Shown here piece by piece: positions 12,101 to 24,379 of a DNA stretch of 64,000 bases (positions within the stretch are counted from its first letter, which is position 1; each line of letters begins with the position of its first letter). The stretch lies in contig CM030333.1 in NCBI GenBank assembly GCA_017654855.1, positions 124,001 through 188,000 on the forward strand, given 5' to 3'. A program made the translations under genes and the position numbers. The notes under the pieces were generated by a model. The model worked only from the letters and a program-made list of their open reading frames with translations, made no database searches and was not told the DNA's origin. Source of the DNA: Podospora anserina (taxonomy: Eukaryota).

Positions 12101-12982
12101 ATGACATCAGCAAACGATGGCAACACCAAGCCCACCCGGGGCGCCCTTATCGTCCTGGAAGGCCTGGACCGGTCAGGCAAGACAACCCAGGTCAAGCTTT
12201 TGGAGCAGCGGTTTGTTGAACTGGGCAAATCCGTAAAAGTGATGCGCTTTCCCGGTACGTATCTGCTGAGAGAAAGAAGCATGGCCGTCTAACATGGCCA
12301 AACCAAACCAGACCGCACAACCCCGATTGGCCAGATGATTAACTCATACCTGACTTCCCAAACAACCATGTCGGACCACGTGATTCACCTGCTCTTCTCG
12401 GCCAACCGCTGGGAAGCCGCGTCGCTCATCACCTCGTTGCTGTCGCATGGCACGACAGTCATCTGCGACCGCTACTACTACAGCGGCATCGTATACTCGG
12501 CCGCCAAGCACAACCCCTTTTTACCGCTCTCGTGGGCTCGCTCGCCAGAGGTCGGGCTCCCAAGACCAGATTTGGTCTTGTTCCTGGACCTGGACGAGCA
12601 AGAGGCCAAGAAGAGGGGAGGCTGGGGAGGTGAGGTGTACGAGAAGGCCGAGATGCAGAGGAGGGTGAGAGAGTTGTTTTGGGGTTTGAGCTTGGGAAAG
12701 ATCGTGGGGGCGCCGCATTCTGCTCTGGAGTGTGCCCCTGGTGAAGGTGCAGGCACCAAAGGAGGAGAGGAGGAAGTTGCTGTCGGTCCACCCAGCGCAC
12801 AAACACCGGATATCAGTGGAGGGGTCGAGCACCGGTTCAGACAAGAGGAGGAGGACTTGCATGTGGTAGATGCCAGTGCAAGTGTGGAGGAGGTTGCCGA
12901 AGGCGTGTGGAAGGTGGTCAGGGACAGAGTGGAGGCGGTGGAACGGGGCGAGGTCGGGAAGGTGGTGCGAAGAGTGTCATGA
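12101..12982 (+). CDS. CDC8: Thymidylate (dTMP) kinase, 2 exons
   Basis: P-loop LEGLDRSGKTTQ. Intron 12255-12311 restores RFPDRTTPIG. Also LLFSANRWE and DRYYYSGIVYS. Confidence 0.95.
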
Positions 12983-13423
12983 TTTATTCATGCCCATGCC
13001 AACAACACATTGTTGATCGTATGCTATTGAATGCTATCCTATCCCTCCTGTCCGTAGCGTGCCAGGCTACATTATGTTGAATGATGGCAGATGCGATGTT
13101 GAGATCATCACCTCATACGTACAAATAAATCATGCATGTAGATGCGCCCGCCCAAACAAATGCTCCATGCTGTGTCGGCTGCGCTGCATCGCGCTCTCGT
13201 GTACAGACCGTGACCGTCTTTCCCAAAACGCCATGTTTACGTATCTTCTTTTGTGAGGAAAAAAAAGAGAGAGAAAACAAAAGGGAAGGTACAGAAAAAG
13301 CAAAATACCACACCGTATTCCCGAATATTTGTACTAGGCATCGCTGCCACCCATCCTGCTCTTTTGTTGAAAAGAATCACAACAGCCAGCAACACCTTGT
13401 CAACGCAAAGGGTATCAGTTGTT

Positions 13424-14434
13424 TTACCGGCGGTTGACGCCAATCAGGCTCAGAAACTCGTTTCTCGTCTTCTCCTTCCTTTCAAAGCACCCCAGGACGC
13501 AGCTGGTGATGGTGCTCGTCGTCGTCTTTTCCACCCCCCTCATGACCATGCACAGATGGCTCGACTCCATCACCACGGCCACACCCTGGGGTTTGAGCAC
13601 CTCCATGATGGCGTGCGCCACCTCCTTGGTCAGGCGCTCCTGGATCTGCAGGCGGCGAGCAAACAGCTCGGCGATGCGCGGCAGCTTCGAGATGCCAATG
13701 ACGGCGTTGGACGGGATGTAGCCAATGTGCATCTTGCCGTTGAAGGGCACCAGGTGGTGCTCGCACATGCTGAACACCTCAATGTCCTTGACGATGACCA
13801 TCTCGTTGTGGCCTTCCTGGAAGATGGCGCCGTTGACAATGTCTCGCACGTTTTCCTGGTAGCCCTTTGTGAAGAAGAGCATGGCTTTGGCGTAGCGCTC
13901 GGGCGTGGCCAGGAGACCCTCCCTGTCGGGATCCTCGCCGATGCACTCGAGGAGGGTGCGGACGGCGCCCTTCATCTTCTCCATGCGCAGCTCCTTCTGC
14001 TCGGGGGACTCGTCTAACCTCTCCCGAGTGCCGCGGCTGGGGCGGGAGAGGCCGTCAAAGTCGATGAGGGGGCTCGGCGAGCGGGTCGACGTCTCGCCAG
14101 CCTCTTCCGGTGTCGGAGCGATGGCGGGCTCAGGGACGGCCGCCGACGAGGTCGATGTCTTTCTCTTCTTCTTCTTTGGCGTGGGTTCGGGCTGGTCCCG
14201 GAAGTCGCGGGCCGGCTTGCTCATGCTGGAACGTCTCTCGGCGTTCTGACGGACGCTGGTGCCGTTGCCGCTGGCCTTGGTGTCATCTCTATCTTGGTCG
14301 TCGGCGGCGCTGGGGCGCTTCTTCTTGCTGCTGCTGCCATCTTTGCCCTTGGACTTTTTGGTGCGCCGGGGTTCGCCAGCGGACGAGGCACCCGAGGGGC
14401 TCTGGCTGCGAGAGGGCGATGCGAACTGAACCAT
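13424..14434 (-). CDS. FOL2: GTP cyclohydrolase I
   Basis: Has [45 protein letters not shown] and HLCMVMRGV. Likely start MVQFASP at 14434, with a disordered N-terminal extension. Confidence 0.95.
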   Translation of the reverse strand: MVQFASPSRSQSPSGASSAGEPRRTKKSKGKDGSSSKKKRPSAADDQDRDDTKASGNGTSVRQNAERRSSMSKPARDFRDQPEPTPKKKKRKTSTSSAAVPEPAIAPTPEEAGETSTRSPSPLIDFDGLSRPSRGTRERLDESPEQKELRMEKMKGAVRTLLECIGEDPDREGLLATPERYAKAMLFFTKGYQENVRDIVNGAIFQEGHNEMVIVKDIEVFSMCEHHLVPFNGKMHIGYIPSNAVIGISKLPRIAELFARRLQIQERLTKEVAHAIMEVLKPQGVAVVMESSHLCMVMRGVEKTTTSTITSCVLGCFERKEKTRNEFLSLIGVNRR

Positions 14435-15423
14435 GACGGAATGCGCATACACGATGGATGATTCGGAGTGGGCGGAAATGTGTCGCCGTTGAAAGGAAAA
14501 ATGGGGGAACTCGTTTGCTTGTTTGGTAGAAGGGGGAGACAGATGATACAATGGCAGGCCGATGGCGCAAGCGGTCGAGTCAGGATTGGCAGACTCCGGT
14601 CCCCTGCTCGGCGAGTTTTTTTTCATGGACCCTGGATCCCAAACTCTGATATTTCTGTGGATACCCGAACGTGGCGGACGACACCTAGCAGGCTGGGTGA
14701 GAGGAGTGGGAGGTTTGACGTCAGGGTATGTAGTCTGCAGCAAATCGGGGCAGAATGAATACATGAACGTGTAAGGTATATGGGATGGACAAGGTATGCA
14801 GAGGCACAGGTGCTGGCGATTAGCTGTGGCTGGCACATCACTTCATTGCCCCTTAGCATTGTTTTGCGACTTATGGCACTCAATTGACCTATTGTGTTGC
14901 GTCCACCTGTTCGCGGACCGAAAAGTGAGCTTGCCCTCTCGAAAAAAATAAATCGCTGACATTCAGACGCTGCAGTGTCCCGCTGCCCCACACCCCCCTG
15001 GTGACGCGGGGCAGGTGGGTTACTTAGCGCAGAGCGAAGTGGACCTTGGCGCAGCAGTGGCACGGGCCATGGTCTTGGCGATGTCCAATCTATTATCTCT
15101 ACAACAACTTTGGAGCTTTGGTGAAGTTCGACCAACTCAGAAAAGGATACCTATTCGACTTCACCTTGCCAGGCAAGTAAAATATTCCATCTGCAAAGGG
15201 ACCTCATATACCAAAGGCCTGGGAGCCAATCTCTACCAGGTCAGGTCCCTGTGTTAGGTTAGGTAGGAGGAGGTATCTACCAGACAGCAATCAAGAGCTC
15301 GGACCTCTTCGCGAACGACGCGGCCAATCTAATCTTTTGGGCCGTATTCACCTTCTCTTTCGCTCCCACCTCTCACCTCTCCCATCTCCCCCCTCGACGT
15401 CCATTCGCAACAACAGCGTCGCA

Positions 15424-16528
15424 ATGAACAGCACTCCCAACAAAAAGCGCACCGCCGATGGCGCCAGCGTCCAGTCGCCCGCTCTCAAGCGACGCAAAGC
15501 CTCCACCATGTCCATCTCGTCCATCCCCGGATCTGCCCATCCGCTTCGCCAAACCTCGTTCCCCCCGCCAGACGACCTTGCTGGTGCGCGATCCCCTTCG
15601 GTCGATTTTGACGCCATGAGCCACGTTTCGGGCAGTCAAGTCAGCATGAGCGTTACCGGCCCCCCCAAGAAGAAGCGCGGCCGCAAGTCAAAGGCCGATA
15701 AGGCACGCGAACAAACTCCCTCGGTAGTTGGCGGAACCGCCAAATCAACTGCTGGCCCTGGCGGCAGTGTGGTGTCCGGTGCCGGCGGAAAGAGCACTGC
15801 ACCCGGCGCCGCGGGGGGTGCAGGTGAGGACGGAGACGGCGACGAGGAGGAGGACACAGAGGTGGCCGCTACTGGCGCTGCCCTGACCAAAGAACAAAAG
15901 GAGGAGGAACATAGACAGAGGGGTATGTTGATCGGCGCCTTCAACGACGAGCAATTTGACAGATTCGAAAATTGGCGAGCCGCCAACTTGAGTAAGGCTG
16001 CCGTGAGGAGAGTAAGCATCGCAAAAAGCCCCGTCTCGCTTTCTTTTTGGACAAGTCCGCATGCTAACAACCCTTCTCCTACAGCTTGTCAATGCTACCA
16101 TCTCGCAGTCCGTAGCAGAGAACGTTGTGATTGGCATGCGTGCTGTGGCCAAGGTCTTTATCGGCGACATCATCGAGAATGCCCGCAGGGTGCAAGGGGA
16201 GTGGATTGACAAGACGGGGGAGAAGCAGACGGATTTGCCCACGCCGCCTGCCACGGCTGCTCCATCACCGGCCACTACCGGAGAAGGCAGCGGTGTGCCT
16301 CACTCTGGACAGCTGGGGCTTGCCGACAACACGGCCAGCAACACAGCCGCACCTGTCGAGGAGAGGCGTGGTCCGCTAAGACCAGAGCACATCAGGGAAG
16401 CCATGCGTCGCTACAAGACAGGCTTGGAAGGCGGCGGAGTGGGTATGCAGCAGATTTGGCATCAGCAACAGCAGAGCGGCGTTGAACGATTTCCCACGAG
16501 GACAGGAGGGAGGAAGATCTTTCGTTAG
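15424..16528 (+). CDS. TAF11: TFIID subunit TAF11 (hTAFII28 histone fold), 2 exons
   Basis: FNDEQFDRFENWR...AVRR joins via intron 16012-16084 to LVNATISQSV...AKVFIGDIIE and GPLRPEHIREA. Confidence 0.9.
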
Positions 16529-16879
16529 GTCCGGGCCGAGAGCCAGCACGACCGAGTCAAGGACAATCATGCATATTTTGGGGCGTTTGGGTTTTTCTTT
16601 CCATGTCATTACGCAAAGGTTGGATGGTACGCGACCTGGGAGAGACATGGCTCTGGAGGCAAAGAAAGGCGCAGTTTGATACCCACTCTTACAAGACACG
16701 GGAATAATGGGAGTGGTTGGCGTTGTTTTTTTGCTCTGCTTTTCTGTTGTTTTTCTTTCCGGGGAGGGAATGGGTTGCTTCATGGGTCGAGTCACCTGCC
16801 AGGACAGCAGATAGAATTCAGGTGTAAATTGCTATGTGCATAAATAGGTACAACATAAAACAACTAATTACTTGGATCG

Positions 16880-19847
16880 CTAGTACTCTTCCCCTTCATT
16901 TACACAAGTGATATGAACCACCGCCCCCCCGTAACACACGCTGCCCAGCTCGCAGTTTTCCCCCGCTGGCACTTTGAACATGCCATTCGGGCCCAATGAA
17001 AATTCCTGACCACAGAGCTTCACTTTGACGATACCCTGGGCAACCGAACAAACCCTCGTCCTGGGCTCTTCCTCTTGGACACTGCCTGGGGCCGTAGAGG
17101 GCCGCCAGTGGACACTGCTTCCCGGCTGGATGGTGAGCAGCTGAAAGCAAATAGTTGGGGTCAGAGGAAGAGCAGACATCGAAGAGTGGGCGAGATAGGT
17201 CGAGGAAAAGGCCACATCTGCATGACGTGTGCCGTCAGCTTCCTGGTGCGCAGAGAGGAATAGAAGTAAGAACAGGATCAGAGGTTGACTTACTCTCGTA
17301 TTTGTCTCCCATCCCTACCCGGATACGGCCGGGGGCAATCTCCCAGTCTGACATTGTGTAAGGTGGTACAACTCCCCGCGATGGGGAAGAGGCAGAAGAA
17401 GAAGAGGCAGATGACAATGGCGGTGCACCCCTTCCTGATCGTTGCGGCCTTGCCCCAACAGAGGCTGGAGTTGACTTGGAGGTCTTCGAGGCTGTTGATG
17501 CTGACCGCTTCGCTGCCGAATGCTTGGACCGAGAGACGGCTTGGGCAGGACGTTCTGGAGCTTGCTGAGTTGGGCGTGTCAATGACATAGACTTGGACAA
17601 CCATCCAGATTTTCTGGTGGATGTGATGCTCTCCTTTAGGCCTTGGGCAGTGCCGCCAACACCAGCCTTTGTCAGGCATTCTTGTGACACTTGGGCCCTT
17701 GCTGCTCGTGATGATACCGGAACGCCACCTTTTCCTTTCAAGGATTTACGGGTGGGCAAAGCGAAGATGGCTTCGTCGCTGCCGCTAGCTCCTGAAAAGC
17801 CACCTTTACTTGGCCTGGTATTCGGTGCTTCAGTAGGCCTAGTTTCTTTTGAAGAGTGGAGGCCACTGCTCGCGGTGGGTGTGCTCTTGTCATGTAAAGG
17901 TGTTTTTGCATGTTGATCAGGGACATGAAAATGTCTGGACGACGTGTTGCTACGGGCAGGCAGGTCGACGACAAGAAAACTGTTTGACCGTCGTCCAGGC
18001 GTGTTGTAGGGGTTAGGGACTGGCACCGGTGTCTCTTTGGGCCTTTTGGGGGTCACATCGGACAGGGGAACTCTTTTCTCCGTCTTCTTTCTCCTTCCCG
18101 GTTGTCGAGGAGGTGCTTTTGGGGGGGCAGTTGCTGGATCGAGTGGTTGGCGAGAGATCACCAGCGCGGGCATTCTCCCTGTCCTAGGATCAGGGAGTTT
18201 TCGCTTCCCGAGAATGGACATGGTGCCATCGCGGTTATCGTTGAGTAAAAGAGCCCAGTGACTTGCCTGGAAAGAGGTCAGCAACATCACTCCTCATAAA
18301 AATCACGGGCACAGGTGGGTAACCAACGCTGAAATGCCCCCCAAGGGCCCAGGCCTCTGGAAACACAGTTTGACAATCCCGAATTGGACAAATCCATGGA
18401 TATGGTTCATTGATTCGTGGTTCGTATCCCTCAGGGAAAAGGGCACCGGCTCCGGGAATCCTGCGTGCTTCGCCATCCCATGTACCCGTCCACTGAGAAT
18501 AATGCCGCTCACCACACATGGTGATGGGACTAGTCTCGCTTGGCTTTGCAGCTTTGTCATTGACGCTCTTGCAGGTATCCCGTTGTCGAAACTCACCATT
18601 CGGGAGAGTGGGAACACGGATAGCTGTCTCTTCCACTGTCCGCGGTTGGTTACCTCTAACCTCCTGCTCGGTCTTGGCCTCTTTGGCCCTTTTGAACCGC
18701 CGCTGTGTTTCGCCTTGAATGCGAAAATCGTCTTCTGACCTTGCATCGCCATTGCCGCTTTGATCGCTGGTATTGTCACTGTCTACCCTGACAACTTCTG
18801 GCTCAGGCACTTGTTTAATGTTGACCTTGGGTGGGCTCGCCAACCGCCACACAGAGACCGCCTTTTCCTGTCGGGGAACTCCAGCTCGTGAGGGCGGCGT
18901 GACATGTCTCGCGTTCGAAACCAACAAGGGAAGCTCGCCATTTTCATGCCCGTTGGAGTCATGTGAGGCACGAGCAACTTGTTTCCCGTCATCTGTCGCG
19001 GCTGTTGAGCCGGTGCTGGTAGAGGGCCGTTGTCGTTGTGGAGAGCGGGATTGGTGCACTGGTGACTTTCTGGCCCAAGAAGGACTAGAGGTTGGTAGAA
19101 TGAGTCTTCTGGTTGGCCTTGGACTTGGATCACCTAGCTCATCTAGTTGACCAAGTTCGTCTTCGCTGTTTTCGAGGGCGATGCGCTCATATTGACGATG
19201 CGACACGTGCGGAGATGGAGATGGAGACCGCAAGAAATGTGGAAGCAATCTTCGTTTGGGAGCTGGGAAGATTTCAGGGGGGGCTTCGAGGTTCCGTTTC
19301 TTGGTGGCGCTTGTTGAGGAGAGATGAGATTCGTTGTCAGGGCTTTGCCGGTGCTGGTGAAGACCAGTTCCTACCACTGGTCTGGCATAGGTTGGCCCAC
19401 CCCTGATCCCAAAATAATATGCCGTCCGAAAAGCAACAGGAGCTGGTGATTTGGAAGGGCCCCGAGGCTGCAGCTTGTTTTTGATCTGTTCATGCGCGTC
19501 GCCTTGTTCTACCAAGACGACTAAACCATGTCAGCCAGTCTGCCGCTTCAACACATCTACAGGACAGGGAAATGGTATTTACCTTGTTTCTGCTTCTGTG
19601 GGCTTCTGCTCCTACTCCGGGCACGGCCGCTGCCTCTGTCGCTGCTGGCCCTGTTCCGCTCACGGGCCTGCTTCAAGATCTTTTTGTTATACCTCAGGTT
19701 CTCGCCGCTAAAAACAACCTTCTTGCGTGCTGGCGTTGATGGACCAGACTCATGTTCTTCCAGCTCCCCAGAAGAAGGAACAGAGAGTTGTGGACTGCCG
19801 CCGTCGGCGGCGCAACTACCGGCTCTCGTAGGCGTCTGAGAAGCCAT
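16880..19847 (-). CDS. Hypothetical multi-exon protein with a C2H2-type finger and a C-terminal cupin (Mif2/CENP-C-cupin-like) domain
   Basis: Four ORFs join in frame through GT-AG introns (19582-19521, ~18327-18267, ~17293-17218). CPIRDC-x12-HFSASH spans the exon 2/3 junction. C-terminus RVCSVAQGIVKVKLCGQEFSLGPNGMFKVP looks like a cupin. Confidence 0.7.
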
Positions 19848-20121
19848 GATGTGGCCGGGACTGTACATGACGAGACTGATGAATCATGAAGGACCAGAAG
19901 GTGGGCACAATGCACACCTGTTGTAGGCGAGATGTTGTCCCTATCGGGCTCTTCACATTCCAATACCCCGTCCTCTTGAGTCCCCTGCATCCAGGTCCGC
20001 AAAATGCTCAACAAGGAGAGGGAGGGAATGAGACGCATACCAGTAGAGTATGCTTCCACTTCCCTCTCATGCTTTACTCTTGACAATAATGTACATTTCA
20101 TTTCCTATCATTACAGATGGT

Positions 20122-21290
20122 TCACGCCTCAACCTTTCCGGAAGCGTCTCCTCCCTTCGCAGCAGCACCAGCCTTGACCTTGGCGGCAAACGCGCGTCTC
20201 TCGGCAATCCTCTTCTCACGGTTTGCCCGCACACGAGCCTTGTATTCCTCCCTGAGCTGAGCCTTGGCAGCCTTGCGCTTCTTGATGGCGTTGAAGCTGC
20301 ACATTCTCTTTCTGCGACGCAGGCGGAACTTGGCCCTTCGGGAATCCATCTTTTCCGATCCTGGGATGGTTCCCACGTCACCCACCAGGCGACCAATCTC
20401 CCAGTTGCTCTCACGATAGCTGTAGTCGTCCTGCAGTCTCAACACACGCGTGTTCATGCGGATCTCGGCCTCCTTCTTCAGGCGCTTCTTTTCCTTCTCG
20501 GCGGCGGCTTGTTGCAACCGTCTCTTGTGAAGCTTGTCCTTGATGAGGGCGGAGATGATCGAGTTGCCGTCCTTGAGGGGTGTCTTTTCGGACTCTCTGA
20601 CGGCGGCCTCGACCGGTTCTGGAGCCGTCTCCTCTGACATCTCTATTTGCGGAAGACGAGTAACTGCTAGGGGAATGCCGCTGGGCGAGAGAGCATCGGG
20701 GGTGGTTGGGGCCTCTTCGGTCTTGCGGGGGACAGCCACCAACCCGAGTTTCCTCCGGCGGGGGGCGCCCGGGGGATAGGGGAGCTTGTCTTCACGGTTG
20801 AAGGTGACGCCAATGTACTGGCGTGTTGGGTGACGGGCGGGATCGCGGTAGTACTTGACGTAGCCAGCAACAGCGGCGTGGATGGTGTGGTCTCTTCCGA
20901 GGATTGTGTTCTCGCCTGGGTGCCATATTGTACCACGCTGCTTGTAGATGATGTTGCCGGGAATGACATATTGATCTAGCGGGCGCCAGAGATTAGTTAC
21001 CGGCGCAGTCTCCCCCGCTCCATAGCCTCCTGCTTTTTCGTCAACATACCACCAGTCTTTTTGGCGCCCATCTTCTTGGCTATTGTCTTTTTATTAGGGA
21101 TCCTGTAGGCACCCTGCGACTTGACCGAGGCATAACGTGTTCCCTGGAGGGCGGCATTGGTCTGTTGCAGCGTGATCCTTAGCCTTGTGAATCGCTCTTC
21201 GAGACCGGTGACAGTAGTCGTGGTGGTGGTGCCACGCAAAGAGGCAGCAGCCCCCCTCTGAAGGGGCCGCTGCAGCTGTACGAAGCTCAT
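20122..21290 (-). CDS. MRP7: Mitochondrial large ribosomal subunit protein bL27m, 2 exons
   Basis: Arg/Thr-rich presequence. Intron 21049-20976 gives [31 protein letters not shown]...GRDHTIHA (L27 signature). Confidence 0.92.
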
Positions 21291-21689
21291 TGGAACCTCT
21301 CTGCAGCGGACTGGTCACGGCCAATCGCACGCTCACTGCTGGCAGATCGGTGAGGCAAAATGACGGGGTCGGTCGGTGCGGGACTGACGGGCGACGACGG
21401 TGTGGTATAGAGTATTTCCTGGACCTTGTCCGTAGCTTGCTCGGCACCGGTGGGTGACTTGCCGGGGTGCAAGTTTTCCATGCTTAGTCATCATCCAGAT
21501 TCCTGCCAAGACCTTGCCAGAGCCAACCAGTTGGTTACTGATAAGATAAGACTAACAGACCAGCTGTCCGAATCCATGATGACCTCAAACTCCTGATCCC
21601 TTCCAATGGGGAGATTGCGCCATTCGCATTGAACATTAGAATCCTCCCCTTGACCACTCGCACTGCCCATCAGTGCCTATACGTTTGAC

Positions 21690-22155
21690 ATGCGCTCTCT
21701 TAGTTTGATTCTGCTCGCCCTCGCGACCATGCTCACTCCCATTTCGGCGCAGTTTGGCTTCTTTGACCAAATGTTTGGCGGAGGTGGTGGCGGCGAACAG
21801 GAGCAACATCACGGTCACGGTCATGGCGGGCACCAGCGACAACAGCAGAATGCGCCGAGCGATGGGGCAGGATATCGCGCCCAGTATGCCCGTCTTCATT
21901 GCGACAACTACCTCTGTCCCGATACGCTTGGTATGTTGCCATTTCCAACATTGTCAGCCTACCTTGTGGGATTGCTCGCTAATCCGTCTTTTAACAGCCT
22001 GTGTACATTTCCCCCACCACTGCCCTTGCCCCTGGCCTGCGCACGAAGAAAAGGTTGAACTGGCTGAGGGTCAAAGGATATGTGTGTCCCACGGAGGCTT
22101 CAAGGCCGGAGAGGCGGCGAGGAAGGTCGAGTTAGCCCGCAAGGGGCTGCTCTGA
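21690..22155 (+). CDS. LCL2: Long chronological lifespan protein 2, 2 exons
   Basis: Signal peptide followed by QFGFFDQMF. Intron 21931-21997 gives [21 protein letters not shown]. Ends [10 protein letters not shown]. Confidence 0.9.
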
Positions 22156-22570
22156 AGAATGACCATAGAGCAGAGACACAGACACAGCACGGGTCGCGCC
22201 ATTTCTCACAATCAAATGGCCTGGCGCAAACAGGACAGGCATGGAGCGTAACTGGTGCGCTGGGAATTGGAGTAAGGTAGTTGGCATGGGTCATAGACAG
22301 TGGCCATATACAGCCTGAAGAACAAAGAAGCGCGACGAAAGCAATCGAATTAGACCGTCAACGATACCTCCCTGCCCTAGAGACAAGTTGAATATGCATA
22401 GAACCACCATTCCTCATGTCCAGCGTGCCTACGCCAAATGCTCCCCGTCATGATTCAACTCCACAGCCCCGCCGTCGAGGACAGCGAATCGCAAAAAAAA
22501 AAAAAAAAAAAAAAAAAAAGAGAGGGAGAAAACAGAAAACGAATAAGAGACAAATAACGCTTGCAATTGT

Positions 22571-23575
22571 TTATAAACCTCCCTGGGTTCCTGCAGTAGG
22601 CACCGCAGGAACCGGTGGCACCTTCTTGGTCTCATCGTCATCCTCGTCGTCTTCTCCTTCGTCAGCATCCTCCAGGTCCTCAGGATGCCCCAGCAACGAG
22701 GCCACATTCTTCATCTCGTAATGCTTCTTCCTGAGCTCTTCGAATTTGCGATGCTTTTCCCTCTCCTCGGCGCTCATACCCACCAAATACTCTTCCCCAT
22801 CCGTGTCATGCATGCTCCCGTTGCTGTCCACGTGCACCGCCCTCGGTCTCTTGCTGGCCAAATCACCAAACTCGTGCTCGGGCACCTCCTCCTCGGGCTC
22901 ACCCAGCGACAGGCCGGGAATGTCATCCTCTGTTGATCCTGGAGTCCCACCGGTGCCAGTCTTGCGCTTGGAGCCGTGATGGGTAGGGGGTACGCCGTCG
23001 ACACGGTCCAGATCAATCCTGCCTGGATCCAGCGGCTCCGGCATCTCGACGTCGTCGTCGTCGGAAGGGTCTTCGGATGGGTCATAATGCTTGGCGTAAG
23101 GGGTCTTGGGCTCGTTGATTTTCATGGTGGCAGTGCGCTCTTGCTCGGTGAGGTAGAGGTTGGCCTCGTCCCATTTGAGACGCTGGCTCTGCTCTTCCGA
23201 GTCGCCCCCATGGGCCGATGATGGTGTGCGGGCACGAAAGACGCCCGGACGAGTGCCGGCCACAGACGAGGAGCGGCGGTGCCCGGCATTGTATTGCGTG
23301 TTGACAATGGTGAGCTCTTTGGCCTCCTTGGGGGTGAGGGGATGGTCAGGAGTGTGGCTGTGTGGGAAGCTGGGAGTCGGCTGGTCGACAGGCGAGATGG
23401 GAGGGGAGCCGCGGTACGAGTTCTTCAAGATGCCTATTCTCAGAGAAACATGGTGATTAGTAGGGGACTGGACATAGAAGCGCAGGGCAAGGTAGGTAAC
23501 TAGGAAACAGGACATACCTTTCGGTCGCGGAGCATTGTGACTAGGCGGGGTATGGGATGTCGGGCTTGTCGACAT
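22571..23575 (-). CDS. GLC8: Protein phosphatase 1 inhibitor-2 (Glc8/IPP-2), 2 exons
   Basis: Intron 23517-23434 gives PKGILKN. Also RLKWDEANL, MKINEPKTPY and KFEELRKKHYEM. Confidence 0.9.
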   Translation of the reverse strand: MSTSPTSHTPPSHNAPRPKGMSCFLVTYLALRFYVQSPTNHHVSLRIGILKNSYRGSPPISPVDQPTPSFPHSHTPDHPLTPKEAKELTIVNTQYNAGHRRSSSVAGTRPGVFRARTPSSAHGGDSEEQSQRLKWDEANLYLTEQERTATMKINEPKTPYAKHYDPSEDPSDDDDVEMPEPLDPGRIDLDRVDGVPPTHHGSKRKTGTGGTPGSTEDDIPGLSLGEPEEEVPEHEFGDLASKRPRAVHVDSNGSMHDTDGEEYLVGMSAEEREKHRKFEELRKKHYEMKNVASLLGHPEDLEDADEGEDDEDDDETKKVPPVPAVPTAGTQGGL

Positions 23576-24379
23576 GGCTCGGCGCTTGTTTGCTGTCCTT
23601 GTGAGGTCTTGGTCGGCTTGAATGTGCGTGCGGGTTGTTGAGTTGGAAATAAACAGCTCGTCGTCGTAGATGATGGAATAGGGCGGGTTGTCTGTCTTTG
23701 ACTGGTGAGTGGCAGTGGCCAGTGGCAGGCAGCGGCATGGGGAGTGGCCGTTGCTCATGAGAGGTGGGGTGACCCTTCTCCCTAGGTGGGGTCATCTGCA
23801 GCTGCCAAGCCTTTCGATGGTCCTACCAGGCAGTTGTCAACGGCCATTAGATACCTACTCACTGTTTTCAAGAGCCTTGAACCTTGAGCTCGACGATCAA
23901 GATACCAGTTATTCATTCATAGATAGTTGACAGGCTAGATCGCTGCTGTCTCTCAGTCTGTGTTTCTTTTGGAGGTAATCAGAGCTTCCTCTCCTTACAA
24001 GGTATGTACAAGCATGGTGGCTACGTCATTGGGCCCTCGACGCATACATAATGCACATAATGTACCAAAAATGGCCTGGCAGGTCCTGCGTCAAAACCTT
24101 ACCTTCAAAGGGAGAGCCCCGAAATACGTCATACCCTAATGCTTCCACAGCGCCCTGCTCTTCTGGACACCAGAATAACTCATGAACTTAAAACATTACT
24201 ACTATATATTATATACACATAAACTAGTGTGTGTAATCCGTATCTGGCAGCCACCCCGCCTGTTTCCGTCAACTTCCATAGGCGTTGGTGTACGGGCTGT
24301 CAGTACAATCCTTCCCTCCGTCACTCATAAGGCATCACACCATCAACAAAGCACGCCCTTCTCACATAAATCAAGACGA

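Noticed and set aside
13253-14017. Long antisense ORFs here and at 1062-2093, 20050-20637, 31742-32293 and 50629-51264
   Set aside because: Typical antisense shadows of GC3-rich coding genes.
22493-22519. Long poly-A tract (retroposition scar?)
   Set aside because: It is poly-T in the GLC8 3' region with no TSD or element body; a simple homopolymer.
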